A stretch of DNA of 64,000 nt, taken from the IMG/VR virus record IMGVR_UViG_3300050336_000030. One strand, written 5' to 3'. A program made the translations under genes and the position numbers. How positions within the stretch are numbered: position 1 is the stretch's first letter; each line of letters begins with the position of its first letter. This document shows, one piece after another, positions 1 to 11,076 of this stretch. The notes beneath the pieces were generated by a model. That model worked only from the letters and a program-made list of their open reading frames with translations, searched no databases and was not told the origin of the DNA. Source of the stretch: a virus. Lineage: Duplodnaviria > Caudoviricetes.

Positions 1-775
1 CTCGTTTAGGAGAAGAGTATGTAAGTTTTACAGTACAGTTTCCCGAAATCGTTACGTTGTTTAAACCATCCACAAAATATATAGAGTTATAATTCCAATA
101 ATCAATAATTGTTCTATTTGCAGTAGTTGATGGAATTTCATCTTCTGTTATTGTAATAACTTCGCCATTTAAACAATTAGTAAACAGCATTTCTTCATTT
201 GTTGTATTATTTTTTATACTTATATTTCCTGTTGTTGCAGAAGTAATTACTATGTTTGGATATAATATTTTATCCGCTTCAGCAAAATCACTATCATTAA
301 ATACATCAAAAGTTAATGTTCCAGAATTACATGTTCTTGAAACTATCTTTTCGTGTGAATACGGGAACGGAGAATCGCATTGCACATTAAAAGTCATTCC
401 CCCATTTCTTCCACTGATATCAACCATTTCTCCAAAAGAAATTATCACTCGGTATCTTATGTCGTATAAATCGTCCTGATCGATGTATAGCCAATGGTAT
501 CCATCAGTTCTACACAACCATTTTTTAATTGATCTTTGTTCTTCGGAATTAAAATATGTTCCATCTTGTTTACATATAGTCAACGTAAATCTAAGAGGAT
601 TTGTATAATCTATATTTACTAAATGAAAGATATCTGAACCATAAGTCTTTGATGTTGTTATTTCCGTTTCTTCATCATTAGAAGATGATGAAGTACTGTC
701 AAATTTACACAATATAACTCCGAATTCTTCATTTGATGTTCCATTAAAAATAAAATTATATTCTTGGATAGTCAT
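1..775 (-). CDS. Distal tail protein (Dit)-like, truncated by the window edge
   Basis: Absent from the ORF track. ATG at 775 follows SD GGTGGTGA; the frame is open to base 1 (MTIQEYNFIFNGTSNEEFGVILC...IKKWL...VQCDSPFPYS). Lies directly downstream of the tape measure gene. Confidence 0.75.
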   Translation of the reverse strand, partial: MTIQEYNFIFNGTSNEEFGVILCKFDSTSSSSNDEETEITTSKTYGSDIFHLVNIDYTNPLRFTLTICKQDGTYFNSEEQRSIKKWLCRTDGYHWLYIDQDDLYDIRYRVIISFGEMVDISGRNGGMTFNVQCDSPFPYSHEKIVSRTCNSGTLTFDVFNDSDFAEADKILYPNIVITSATTGNISIKNNTTNEEMLFTNCLNGEVITITEDEIPSTTANRTIIDYWNYNSIYFVDGLNNVTISGNCTVKLTYSSPKR

Positions 776-798
776 TACTATATCACCACCTTTGCATT

Positions 799-835
799 AT
801 AAAAGACTACTCAACCTTTGACGGAAGAGTAGTCT
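799..835 (-). terminator. Intrinsic terminator-like hairpin after tape measure
   Basis: AGACTACTC/GAGTAGTCT stem followed by a T-tract on the minus strand. Confidence 0.6.
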
Positions 836-840
836 ACAAG

Positions 841-3800
841 TTATTTTAAACTGTTAATTTGTTTTGTTATTATTTCTGTTATTTTTGAAGCGTTACTTTT
901 AACCTCTGATATAATATCAAAATCTGAACTTACATTGCCTACATTTACTAAACTATCAAATTTTACAACAACACTATTACTTGTTTTATTGGTTAATAAA
1001 GAAGTATCAATATTAGGAGTTGTAAGTTTAGTTAAGTTATTCAATGGTTCAATATTTTTTATTAAATCACGTACTAAAGATGCTTTTTCGTCGGTAAAGT
1101 ATTCATCTCCGTGTTTTACTAAAGCTAGACCATCCTCACCGACTGATTTTATTAAATCTTTAAAGAAGCTAGATTTAATATTACTTGCATCAACTGTACC
1201 TCCCGTCTTAAACCCAGCTTTTTTCAGCTCTGCCAAAATTCTATTTTTATTAGCCATTCCCACTTTATCATTACCAACGTCATATAATTCCTGTATGTCA
1301 TTGATTCCTAAAGCGTGAGCTAAATCAATAATTCCTTCTTCATCAAGCGTGTTATATCCTTGAGAAGCCAAATATTTATTCAAGTCTGAAGCTTTAGAAT
1401 TAGAAGAATAAGTTTTGGTTACAACACCACCATTACCAATAATAGCAGTGACTTTATTATTTGATGATGATTTTGATGAACCAGAACTACTTGAATTGCT
1501 CTTGTTTGTAGAATTTAATGCATCCGTTAAATCACTAGACATTGATAGTCCAAACTCTTGAAGTCGGCTATTTATATCATCAAGTACCTTACCAAACTGA
1601 GATGATGTTAACTCGGCAGCTTGTTTAATTAATTCGGATTCTGATTCATACAATGAATTAATTTTTGCAAGTTTATCATCATATTCATCCTGGGCGTTCT
1701 GCTTTAGTCGTTCATATAAGTCATTTTCTTTATCGATTTTGGAATTGATTAAATCTTCGTAATTGTTAAGCGAATCATCTAAAGCATCTTCTTCCAAGTC
1801 AAGTTTATGCTCATATTGAGTATCATCTAAATCTGATTGTGCTTCTGCTAAACTATCTTGTAATTCTGATAATTCTTTTGCGGCGGCACGGTCACCAGTA
1901 TTGGCAGCTCTTTGTAATTCTGCCATTCTTGATTGAATATCAGCTATATTTTCTGTTTTCTCAGATATGGACTTCTGATATTCATAGGCTTCTTTATCTT
2001 CTTCCAGAGATTCACGTTTAGCATCAATTATCTTTTTATAAGCGTCAAGTTCATCATTTAGATTATCAATAGTTGCATCATGTTTTTCGTCTAAATCATC
2101 TAATACCTGGTTAAGTGTGTCTTCGGATTCTTGCTTTTCTTCATCGTAACGAGCTTTCATAGCTTCAACTATGTCATCATAATAGCTTTTAGCCGTTTTA
2201 CCAGCATCGGTCAATTGCGATTGCAAGTCCGACAATCTAGCATTATAATCATCAATTCCTACAGAACCACTAGCATATAAAGCATTAAGCTTTTCTATTT
2301 CAGACTTTAAAGCAGTAACATTGTTTCTAGCATTATTTAATCCGGTCTGGAATAAAGCTATTTGTTCAACACTGTTATCGTCCACAAAATCAAGCGATCC
2401 TTGAACCTCTTCATCCAATTTATCGAATGTATCTAGCAATTTATCAGATAAAGCAACTGCATCTTGAAATTTCTGTAATTTAGTATCGTTAACATAACCT
2501 TTATATTTTTCTTGTTCAATAGCAAGTTTAACTGTATTTTCTTCTAACTCAGCAATTTGCCTATTATACTGAACTATATAAGTTAATTGTGTTGGATCAG
2601 TTATTCCGTCTGTTGAGATTCTTGTTCCTGATTTTACAGCTTTTTTATCAGAATTAACTCGATATTTACTATTAATTTTTCCATAAAGCGAATCTATATT
2701 ACCTTCAGTTTCATCAATGGCACCAGCATACAAATCTACAATCTTTTTCTCATTGGATAATATCTGGTCAAGTAATTTATTTCGTTTCTCGTAATCAGTA
2801 GTATTAACGAGCTTTTCATTGAGTAAATCTATGTTACTATTGATTTTATCAACCTTGGTAGATGCAACATCCCATGGAATATCTGCTAATTCAGTTGAAT
2901 AACTTTTTAATTGTGCAAAACTATCTTGTACGCTTGAATTAGTGTCTGCTAGTTTATCTCTTAATTCGATTGCATCCTGTATAGCATTATAGCGTTTTTC
3001 GTCCTTAGAATTTTCACCTGTTCCGCTAAACTGTTCAATTGAGTAAGAGCCATTCTTAACTTTAGATTGGTCTGATTTTGATAATTTAGATAGGGCTTTA
3101 TTATATTGCTTTTGATAAACATCGGCGGTCTTTCTATAGGCACTTGCTAATTCTGATTGCTTTTGAATAAGTTTATTATATATATCGATTTGCGATTTTA
3201 CTGCGGAAGTATTTTTAAGTCTTGAGTTTAAGTTGTCTATTTCGTTTTGAAGAACTTTAGCTTTTTGAGCAGTTAAATCTAATTCTTGTGAATATTCTTT
3301 AGCAGATTTTTCAGCGGCTTTATTTGCTTTTTCTATATTACTGGTAGTTTTTGACCCACCCGCATAATTAACATTGGTTTTATTTCCACCTAAACCTGCA
3401 TAAAATGCATCGACTTCGGCTTGAGCTTTGTTTAAAATACTTGCAAAATCTTCTGGGCGAGTTCCCCCCATGCCAACTTTTCCAGATTTATATGCTTCAA
3501 GAATCTGTAACTGTTCACTTGTCGCTTTTGCAACGGACATTAAAGATAGTAAATTGGCTATATCACCAGAAGTACTTAGAGCCACATTGTTTACGCCCAT
3601 TTTTTGAGTAGCAAGATTTAATAATGCTATTCTTGTATCATCAGAAACATTTTGCTCATTTAGCAACTCTACTATTTCTTCTGCCGTAGCATTTCTTACA
3701 TCAAGTCCGGTTTCTGCTAATATTGCCTTTTGTTGTGCAAGTTTTTCTGTAACAATTTCTTCAGCATTAGAAATGCCAATGTGTTGTAATTGTGTAATAA

Positions 3801-6800
3801 TTAGGTCTTTGGTTGAATCATTCAAATTATCTAATACACCGCTAGTATTTAAATATGTGGTGACTAAATCATTAATTGATTTTTGAACATCGCCAGTAAC
3901 AGAATTCGCAGATGAAATATTTTTAATAAATTTATCAAATCCAGGAGTATTTCCAAACGCTTTATTTAAAGATTCTATATCTGAAATAGTTATAGATTGT
4001 TTATCTATTAAATTGGCATAAGCCGAATCTAGAGAGTTTAAAGCATTGTCAAATGTATTTAAAGAATCTATAGCAGACGATACAGTACCTATTGAAGTAG
4101 ATAAATTAACAGCATCATCATACAAACTTTTAAATGCATTGCTTTGACCTACAGTTGAAGTAATAGTGTTGTATTGTTCAGCAGCTAAATCTTTTAATGC
4201 AGAAGTAATATCTCCTATTCCTTTTTCACCTGTCACACCGTATTTTTCCCAATCAAAGTCAGCAAATTGTTGTCTTAAATCAATTAAATCTGATGATGAA
4301 AGAGAAGATACATCTGATAAAGATTCTTTTATAGTTGACATTGAAGACTGAAAATTATCTATTGTTTTTGAAATATCTTCATCGGTAAACATAGAAGCCA
4401 AACTGCCTGAAAATTTTGATGATGCTTTTTCTGCTTCTATGCCTTGTTCTGTTAATGCATTTGTGATTTTATATATTTGGTTGAGGAATTCTGTATCCGC
4501 TTCAGATAGTTCTATACCGCTTTCTTTATACGATTCTAAATTTTGAGCAGCACTTGCTAAAGCTCCTTTTAATTCCGCTTTCTTAGCTATTATTTTATCA
4601 TCTTGTTCAATTGATGTTGATTTTGTTTTTTCTAGTTCTTGATATGCTTTTATCATATCTTCAACAGAAGATTTATCTACATCAGTCGTTAATGGTGTCG
4701 GTGCTTTATTTCCTGTTCTTGCGGCATAAGCATCATCGGACGTTGTTCTAGTTTTTTGTTCAGCTTGGTATACAGCATAAGCTCTTTCTGTTTCTTGCTT
4801 GATTAAAATTTTATTTGCTTCTATCTGAGCTTGCAATAGTCCAAGTCTATTTTTTTCAGCTTCCGTTAAATCATCTCTAGCAGATAGACTATCATATTCA
4901 TTGCTTAAATTTTCCGTTTCAGTTCTAAGTTCATTTACTTTACTAATTAATTCATCGGAAGATTTTACATTTTCATCAATTACCGTTTTAAAGGCAAACA
5001 ATCCAGCGACAACTGTGCCTATAAGAAATAGTGGATTCGATAGAAAAGCAACCTTTAAACCATCTAAAGCCGCTGTTAATCCTACGGTTGAAGAAGCATT
5101 GGCAATTTCAGCCTCTGTTAATCCTACCAACATGCCAGATGCTTCAAGTGATTTTAGTTTTAGAATATCTAAACTCTTATAAAATTTTGCAATAGCTACT
5201 ACACCAGCAACTCCCAATACCGTATTTAAAGTTCCAAGATTATTAACCAACTTTAATACTTCAGTACCAAAACTTACAATATTTTTAATCCATTCACTAT
5301 TAATTGTGTTTTTAGAAAGCTGTTCAAACTGACTAGAAAAAGCCTCTGTTCTACCAGCAATAGAATCAAGATATTTTTTATTTTCTTTAGCGGCACTACC
5401 CATGCTATCAGAAGCAGATTTAACAGATTCTTTTACCATATCCCAATTTTGTAATATGGATAGTAGAACATTCTTCTGCCTGGTTCCGGCTGCTTCAAAA
5501 GCTAAAGCTTCTTGAGTGTTCTTATCTAGGTCACCCCACACAGCATCTAAATCGTTAAGTATATCATAAGCACTTCTTAATTGACCTGTTGTTTTATCAA
5601 CAATATTAACTACACCATTCGTTGCATTACTAAAATCCTTTTGCAGTTTGGCAACTGTTTCGACTTGTTCTTCTCCGTCTAATTGAACTGATTGAAGTCG
5701 AGTAAAAATAGTAATGGCACCTGATGCAACTTTTTCCATGTCTCCAAGAGTTGAATAACCAGCAGTTAAAATACCAAGCATTTGTTCAAATGATACTCCA
5801 GCCTGATCAGCAACAGCAGACAGACGGGTAGCTCCATCCACTAAATTATCAAAATCCACTGCCTGAGTATTGGATACTTCATTAATTGCATCAACAATGG
5901 TTGAAGCGTACTCGGCACCTTCTCCTAATCCATTTAATATATGTACTAAATCCTCTGCGGCTATACCAGCATCTTCAATGTTTTCAGATACATTAACCAT
6001 CATCAAAGCTTGTTTTGATAAATTCAATGCATCTTGTAAATCGTACCCAGCACGAACAAAATCTGTTATCGCAGATAGGGTAGTAGTTCCAGTCTTACCA
6101 ACCTGTTCACCTAATGCAAAAGCCTGATCTGTTACATTTTTTAAGCCAGATGCAGTCAAGTCTGTGACTTTAGATAGTTCAACCAATTGCTTGTCAAGTT
6201 CATATACGTTATCTACCATTTTCCGCATTGAATTTATGCCAAGCATCACCGCGCCAGCAGCACTAAAAAATGTGGTGAAGTTTCCAAGGTCGCTTTTGAA
6301 TTGTTGAAACACTGTTTTTCCACTTTGGCCAAGTGATGTAACTTCGGATTTTATATTTGTAAATTCTTTACGTAAATTTTTTAGTCCCGTAGTATCTACA
6401 TCGCTTAAACCATTTTGAATACTGTTCAATCTCTTTACAAAATCATCGCTTAACTTCGTATTTTCTCTTAAATATGTAGTAATTTGATTATCTAATATAT
6501 TCTTATCATATTTTAGTGTGGTGGACTTTTGTTGTTCTAAAGCCGTCTTTTTAAGTTCAGTTTGAATTTGTTTTTCAGTGCTAATTCGCTCTTGCATCTG
6601 AGACTTAATCTGATTGCTAAATACTTTTGCTTGTTCATTTCTCTGTTTTATTTCTAAATCAATAGCACTAAGATTCTTTTTATTAAATTGTTCCTGGGCG
6701 TGTTGAATTTCTTTAATAGAAGCAGTAGCAGTTTTACTATCAATTTCCGCATTAAATTTAATTTTGTATTGTTCTTGAACCTTTTTTATTTCAGACTGAA

Positions 6801-6864
6801 GTTGCTTATTGGCTTGAGCCATTTCATAAGCAACCTGAATTATCGCTTTAAATTGATCATTCAC
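841..6864 (-). CDS. Tail tape measure protein
   Basis: 2007 aa with a TP901-type core (ELDKQLVELSKVTD...AGYDLQDA), a hydrophobic segment and long coiled coils; upstream of Dit. Confidence 0.92.
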   Translation of the reverse strand: MNDQFKAIIQVAYEMAQANKQLQSEIKKVQEQYKIKFNAEIDSKTATASIKEIQHAQEQFNKKNLSAIDLEIKQRNEQAKVFSNQIKSQMQERISTEKQIQTELKKTALEQQKSTTLKYDKNILDNQITTYLRENTKLSDDFVKRLNSIQNGLSDVDTTGLKNLRKEFTNIKSEVTSLGQSGKTVFQQFKSDLGNFTTFFSAAGAVMLGINSMRKMVDNVYELDKQLVELSKVTDLTASGLKNVTDQAFALGEQVGKTGTTTLSAITDFVRAGYDLQDALNLSKQALMMVNVSENIEDAGIAAEDLVHILNGLGEGAEYASTIVDAINEVSNTQAVDFDNLVDGATRLSAVADQAGVSFEQMLGILTAGYSTLGDMEKVASGAITIFTRLQSVQLDGEEQVETVAKLQKDFSNATNGVVNIVDKTTGQLRSAYDILNDLDAVWGDLDKNTQEALAFEAAGTRQKNVLLSILQNWDMVKESVKSASDSMGSAAKENKKYLDSIAGRTEAFSSQFEQLSKNTINSEWIKNIVSFGTEVLKLVNNLGTLNTVLGVAGVVAIAKFYKSLDILKLKSLEASGMLVGLTEAEIANASSTVGLTAALDGLKVAFLSNPLFLIGTVVAGLFAFKTVIDENVKSSDELISKVNELRTETENLSNEYDSLSARDDLTEAEKNRLGLLQAQIEANKILIKQETERAYAVYQAEQKTRTTSDDAYAARTGNKAPTPLTTDVDKSSVEDMIKAYQELEKTKSTSIEQDDKIIAKKAELKGALASAAQNLESYKESGIELSEADTEFLNQIYKITNALTEQGIEAEKASSKFSGSLASMFTDEDISKTIDNFQSSMSTIKESLSDVSSLSSSDLIDLRQQFADFDWEKYGVTGEKGIGDITSALKDLAAEQYNTITSTVGQSNAFKSLYDDAVNLSTSIGTVSSAIDSLNTFDNALNSLDSAYANLIDKQSITISDIESLNKAFGNTPGFDKFIKNISSANSVTGDVQKSINDLVTTYLNTSGVLDNLNDSTKDLIITQLQHIGISNAEEIVTEKLAQQKAILAETGLDVRNATAEEIVELLNEQNVSDDTRIALLNLATQKMGVNNVALSTSGDIANLLSLMSVAKATSEQLQILEAYKSGKVGMGGTRPEDFASILNKAQAEVDAFYAGLGGNKTNVNYAGGSKTTSNIEKANKAAEKSAKEYSQELDLTAQKAKVLQNEIDNLNSRLKNTSAVKSQIDIYNKLIQKQSELASAYRKTADVYQKQYNKALSKLSKSDQSKVKNGSYSIEQFSGTGENSKDEKRYNAIQDAIELRDKLADTNSSVQDSFAQLKSYSTELADIPWDVASTKVDKINSNIDLLNEKLVNTTDYEKRNKLLDQILSNEKKIVDLYAGAIDETEGNIDSLYGKINSKYRVNSDKKAVKSGTRISTDGITDPTQLTYIVQYNRQIAELEENTVKLAIEQEKYKGYVNDTKLQKFQDAVALSDKLLDTFDKLDEEVQGSLDFVDDNSVEQIALFQTGLNNARNNVTALKSEIEKLNALYASGSVGIDDYNARLSDLQSQLTDAGKTAKSYYDDIVEAMKARYDEEKQESEDTLNQVLDDLDEKHDATIDNLNDELDAYKKIIDAKRESLEEDKEAYEYQKSISEKTENIADIQSRMAELQRAANTGDRAAAKELSELQDSLAEAQSDLDDTQYEHKLDLEEDALDDSLNNYEDLINSKIDKENDLYERLKQNAQDEYDDKLAKINSLYESESELIKQAAELTSSQFGKVLDDINSRLQEFGLSMSSDLTDALNSTNKSNSSSSGSSKSSSNNKVTAIIGNGGVVTKTYSSNSKASDLNKYLASQGYNTLDEEGIIDLAHALGINDIQELYDVGNDKVGMANKNRILAELKKAGFKTGGTVDASNIKSSFFKDLIKSVGEDGLALVKHGDEYFTDEKASLVRDLIKNIEPLNNLTKLTTPNIDTSLLTNKTSNSVVVKFDSLVNVGNVSSDFDIISEVKSNASKITEIITKQINSLK

Positions 6865-6888
6865 TTAAATATCACTCCTTTCTTGGTA

Positions 6889-6917
6889 TAAAAAATAACA
6901 CCTCGAAAGGAGGTGTT
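6889..6917 (-). terminator. Intrinsic terminator
   Basis: AACACCTC/GAGGTGTT stem plus T-tract on the minus strand. Confidence 0.6.
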
Positions 6918-6919
6918 TG

Positions 6920-8425
6920 TTAGCTTGCTTTATTGATTATTTTTTTAATTTGATTTATTTTTTCGTTGATTAAGGTTTTATAGCTATTGTCCTTTTCTGT
7001 CCAATAAGGTATTTCTAAATAAAAATAGCCATTGCATTCAGCAACAGCTTTCTTATATCTATCATATAATTTTCTTTGTTTAAGAGAGTCTTCAGGAGTT
7101 ATGTTATAATGTCTTGCATTCATATAATGAAATCCATCTATTTCATAATGTTGATGCCCATGTACTTCTATTATAAGTCTTAAAGTAATTATTTCGTTAT
7201 CAAAAGGTAATGACATGTGAGTTTTTGGATTAATTGGAACAATAGAACAATTTCTTTCATGCAATAGTTCGTATCTTAATTTTTTATTTAAATATATCCT
7301 AACTTTTTCTTGTAAAAAGCTTTCATTTCGTTCTCTTGAACATTCTGGACATCTAAATTCACAGAGTAGTGAATTATAAGTTGTTCTAATATAATCTTTA
7401 TGTTTTCCGTCTTTACATTTCCACCATACCTGTTTTCCACTAAACATACCAACTTCATATGGAGATTTTTTATTTTTATCCGACCAAATTTCTAAAATTT
7501 CTGGATGTAAATATCCAATTGAATCAAGCTTATTGATTTTCTTTCCGCTACAGTATGGACACCTTTTACCTGCAACAAAATTGTTACAAGCAATTTTATA
7601 TGGTTCATGATATTCTTTCTCTTGACAATTAATCCATACTAAATTATTTGAGGCATATGATATATCCCAAGGATTTATTTCGTTTTTATTATAGTTCCAA
7701 TATTTTTCTAATGCATCGCTTCCATATAGATCAAGTAAATATTGAGCGAAAGAATTACATTTATTACATCTCATGACTCCGGGCTCTCTAGAATTTTTAT
7801 TAGTAAAATTATTTAAAATTTTTAGTTCACTTTCATGTTTACCACAAGGACACTTAAAATAATATTTCTTATTCATACCATAAGAAACATCTTCCGGTTT
7901 TAATTTATTTAAATCATAATCCCACCTTTTTAATACGTCTAATTCATTATTTTCAGTGCACCATTGAGCGAAAGAATTACATTCTTTACATATTACTTCG
8001 GAATTTTTTCTTACAATGTGAGTTAAACTCATAGAGGTAGAGCTGTGAGATTTATTTTTATTACATTTAAAATAATATTTTTTATTTGAACTAAAAGCTA
8101 CTTTATCTGGTGCTTTATCATTAAGTTCATAATCCCATCTTTCTATCAAATCTAAGCGATTATTTTCATTACACCAATCATGAAACGTTTTATTTAATCT
8201 ATTATCATTGTAGTATTTAAGTCTTTCTTTTCCTATGCAACCACAGCTTTGAGTGTGACCGTTTCTTAAATCATACATATTAACCTGTACCGTTTCTACG
8301 TTACCACAACTACATTTGCATTCCCAAAATTGAACAAATTTTTCATATTTCCCTTTTTCAATTACGGTTAATCTACCATATGTATCACCAATTTCTATAT
8401 CCTTATATTTCTTACCCATTATCAA
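6920..8425 (-). CDS. Multi-zinc-ribbon protein with C-terminal PD-(D/E)xK nuclease (homing-endonuclease-like)
   Basis: N-terminal YGRLTVIE..WECKCSCG..SCGC; repeated W-x-Y..N..P..(W/F)KC..H..CPxC modules; C-terminal LPFD..IIEVHGHQHY..LEIPYW. Confidence 0.7.
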   Translation of the reverse strand: MIMGKKYKDIEIGDTYGRLTVIEKGKYEKFVQFWECKCSCGNVETVQVNMYDLRNGHTQSCGCIGKERLKYYNDNRLNKTFHDWCNENNRLDLIERWDYELNDKAPDKVAFSSNKKYYFKCNKNKSHSSTSMSLTHIVRKNSEVICKECNSFAQWCTENNELDVLKRWDYDLNKLKPEDVSYGMNKKYYFKCPCGKHESELKILNNFTNKNSREPGVMRCNKCNSFAQYLLDLYGSDALEKYWNYNKNEINPWDISYASNNLVWINCQEKEYHEPYKIACNNFVAGKRCPYCSGKKINKLDSIGYLHPEILEIWSDKNKKSPYEVGMFSGKQVWWKCKDGKHKDYIRTTYNSLLCEFRCPECSRERNESFLQEKVRIYLNKKLRYELLHERNCSIVPINPKTHMSLPFDNEIITLRLIIEVHGHQHYEIDGFHYMNARHYNITPEDSLKQRKLYDRYKKAVAECNGYFYLEIPYWTEKDNSYKTLINEKINQIKKIINKAS

Positions 8426-8443
8426 TCACCTATTATCCTTTCA

Positions 8444-8629
8444 TTATTTTTGACCATAAAAAATCCAGAGTGCTTTAAACAACTCTGGTGTTTTCGTATA
8501 TTTATATGTAGTTATTCCATCTATTTCTTTTACAAAGTTATATCTAATTCCTACCGATTTAAGGTAGTTCATCTCTTTTGGAAATTGTGTTGAATATTCC
8601 TTGTCAAATATCAGCTTTATATCAATCAC
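8444..8629 (-). CDS. Small phage protein (DUF5659-like)
   Basis: 61 aa with SD AAGGAG; EMNYLKSVGIRY..YKYTKTPELFKAL. Confidence 0.5.
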   Translation of the reverse strand: MIDIKLIFDKEYSTQFPKEMNYLKSVGIRYNFVKEIDGITTYKYTKTPELFKALWIFYGQK

Positions 8630-8845
8630 TCCTTATTTTTCTACATAAAAAAAGAACCATTCAGTCTAAACCAAACAGCCCTTTTATTAATATTCTCATT
8701 ATTCAATTTTATTCTTATACGTATAAAAGAGCCTATATGAACTAAATCACATAGACTCTTAGCTATACTTGTTACAGACTATACATGCTGTAGCCTGTAT
8801 TGAAAAAATTTCCTACCTAACTTATAATTTTATGGTAGGAGAGAG

Positions 8846-9049
8846 GTGCATATGCGAATTACAATAGATAGAGTATTAGACCAAAATAATAAGACAAGGT
8901 ATTGGCTCAGCCAAACTATTGACTGCAATTATCAAAGTCTTGCCAGGCTCTGCAATGGAGAGACTACAGCAATATTATTTGATCTTTTATCTCGTATCTG
9001 CGACGCATTAAACTGTACCCCTAACGATATCATGGACATAAAAGATTAA
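8846..9049 (+). CDS. XRE-family HTH regulator (YozG-like)
   Basis: YWLSQTIDCNYQSLARL..LSRICDALNCTPNDI; probable start ATG 8852. Confidence 0.8.
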   Translation: MHMRITIDRVLDQNNKTRYWLSQTIDCNYQSLARLCNGETTAILFDLLSRICDALNCTPNDIMDIKD

Positions 9050-9393
9050 GCTGCTTCAATCCTAATATATCCACTTTCAAAATATAATTCTCCAAATATA
9101 ATATCATCAATAATAATTTTTTGTGGCTTTACACTGTCTTTTAAGAATGATAATAAAGCACATCTATTTTTTAATAATATTCCTTTGCGATCCTTGCAAC
9201 AGACGTAATCATCATCAAGATCCATATGTAAACCCCTTAACAAATATACATATTCCCCTCGTTTTGGAAATACTTCAGTGATTTTGAATTTATCAATACC
9301 GTAGTCCCAAATTACTATCTCGATGTATTCGATAAACTCCTCAATTGTTAAATCGCTTTTAATAACTTTCTTTGCTGCTAACCCATTATTCAT
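9046..9393 (-). CDS. Hypothetical protein
   Basis: 115 aa ORF with SD AAGGAGG. Confidence 0.6.
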   Translation of the reverse strand: MNNGLAAKKVIKSDLTIEEFIEYIEIVIWDYGIDKFKITEVFPKRGEYVYLLRGLHMDLDDDYVCCKDRKGILLKNRCALLSFLKDSVKPQKIIIDDIIFGELYFESGYIRIEAA

Positions 9394-9421
9394 TATTGTG
9401 CCTCCTTATTGTGTTGGTATA

Positions 9422-9646
9422 TCACACAATATGCTTTCTCCAGTCTAAGAAAAAGACTACATTACACTCCTCATTTAAAGCCCGAGAGATTTTTAGTATG
9501 CTTATCTGGGTTGGTATGCATTCCCCACGCTCTACCCTTTCAATAGTCATTCTATGTAAACCAGCCAACTTCGCTAATTCTCTCGTTGATAAATTTTTCT
9601 CCATTCTGAGTTTTTTAATGTTGTTAAGCACTGTCATCCTTGGCAT
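9422..9646 (-). CDS. XRE-family HTH regulator
   Basis: NNIKKLRMEKNLSTRELAKLAGLHRMTIERVERG. Confidence 0.85.
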   Translation of the reverse strand: MPRMTVLNNIKKLRMEKNLSTRELAKLAGLHRMTIERVERGECIPTQISILKISRALNEECNVVFFLDWRKHIV

Positions 9647-9898
9647 GTACCTATATGTGTGTGATATGAATTTAGTAATAACAGTTCATGCAATTGCATG
9701 AGTATATTTTACTACTTAAAATGGCACATGTGTGTATCCAAAGTAAAATATTTGTAAAAGAATTACTACCAAATTCGACAATAAGTTACAATGATATTAT
9801 ACAAATAATAGATGTAGCATACAATGAGAAATTTTACCAAATGATTAACTTTTATTAATGAGAGAACAGTGGATATGAAATGAGAGATTTATTCAGTT

Positions 9899-10954
9899 CT
9901 ATTCAGTTTTATTTTCAGTATCTTCCTTATTCTCTGTCGTTCCAAATCCAAACATTTCATCTATTGTATCTTCTGAATGATCTTTACAGTAAGAGAGAGT
10001 GGTACTCGGATCTGAATGATGTGCAAATATTTGTATTTTCTCCAATGGATATTTCTGGTTAGTTCCATCTGGATTTTTAAGTCTATCATCAGCCCCTTGT
10101 GCCAAACATTCAATACGAGAATGACGCATTGTATGTACAAATATATTACATTCTTCGCCACGAATTTCAGAAAGTATCTTATTGCATTTAAGTATACGAT
10201 AGTATAATGCTTCTTTAGTAACTTCCGATTTATGATCTCCACTGCCTTTATACCAAAGACTTTCTATATCATCATTTCCACGTTGCTCTAAGTAAAGCTT
10301 AATTAACTCTCTGGTGTCATCAAGATATACAAGACAAAACATTTTGCCTCTTTTACCTCTGACAATATTAGTTTTATTACTTTCTGCTAAACCCTGTTTT
10401 TTTACTTGAAACAGTTCATTCTTCCGACCCGCAGAATCAAAACCTAAACTCCAAAATACCGCAGTTTGTAAATCATCTTCGGATACAAGTTTATCTCTTA
10501 CTTTTATAAATTCATCGAATGTAAAGAAGAAATCATCCTCATCAGTTTTAACTTTTTCTCTCGGCAAGCCTTTTACTTTCTTCGCAGTGTTAATATCATA
10601 ATCATATTCGTCTTCTTCTTCACAATAGGTAAGCATACTATTAACCATAGATTTCAACCTATTTACTCTATTAGGCGATAAGTCACAATCTTCTGATAAC
10701 CATATACTCATATTACGAAAATCTTTCTTTGTCATTTCTAGTATGTATTTATTTTTATGTTGCAGTAATATGTATATTAAAATAATTCTACCATCTTGAA
10801 AATATGATTCCACTGTGGATTTTGCTTTCTTTCTTTGCTTATATTCAGCTAAAAAATCTTCCAAAATAGCTTTATTTTCAGGATTAACCTGTTCCCAACG
10901 TTCCGGCGTATAAGTTCTATTATAAACCCCTCTTGATCTACCCATTATTTTCAC
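9899..10954 (-). CDS. Tyrosine recombinase within the tail operon (position like SPbeta YomM)
   Basis: Catalytic motifs SAGRKNE, GKRGK, HTMRH, HHSDPSTTLSY. Confidence 0.85.
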   Translation of the reverse strand: MKIMGRSRGVYNRTYTPERWEQVNPENKAILEDFLAEYKQRKKAKSTVESYFQDGRIILIYILLQHKNKYILEMTKKDFRNMSIWLSEDCDLSPNRVNRLKSMVNSMLTYCEEEDEYDYDINTAKKVKGLPREKVKTDEDDFFFTFDEFIKVRDKLVSEDDLQTAVFWSLGFDSAGRKNELFQVKKQGLAESNKTNIVRGKRGKMFCLVYLDDTRELIKLYLEQRGNDDIESLWYKGSGDHKSEVTKEALYYRILKCNKILSEIRGEECNIFVHTMRHSRIECLAQGADDRLKNPDGTNQKYPLEKIQIFAHHSDPSTTLSYCKDHSEDTIDEMFGFGTTENKEDTENKTE

Positions 10955-11009
10955 TCCTTATAGTAAAATAGAGTAGGAAATTAATCCTACTCAAATTAAA
11001 AGTTCCATA

Positions 11010-11044
11010 TAAAAAGAACCCTAAGCGTTGAAACTTAAGGCTCT
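11010..11044 (-). terminator. Intrinsic terminator
   Basis: Minus strand AGAGCCTTAAG-loop-CTTAGGGTTCT followed by TTTT. Confidence 0.6.
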
Positions 11045-11076
11045 GTGTACTTCACCAAACGGTGATTTTGTTAAGA

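Noticed and set aside
11010-11044. CCCTAAGCGTTGA resembles part of a pistol ribozyme
   Set aside because: No upstream P1/pseudoknot partner; fully explained as a minus-strand terminator hairpin.
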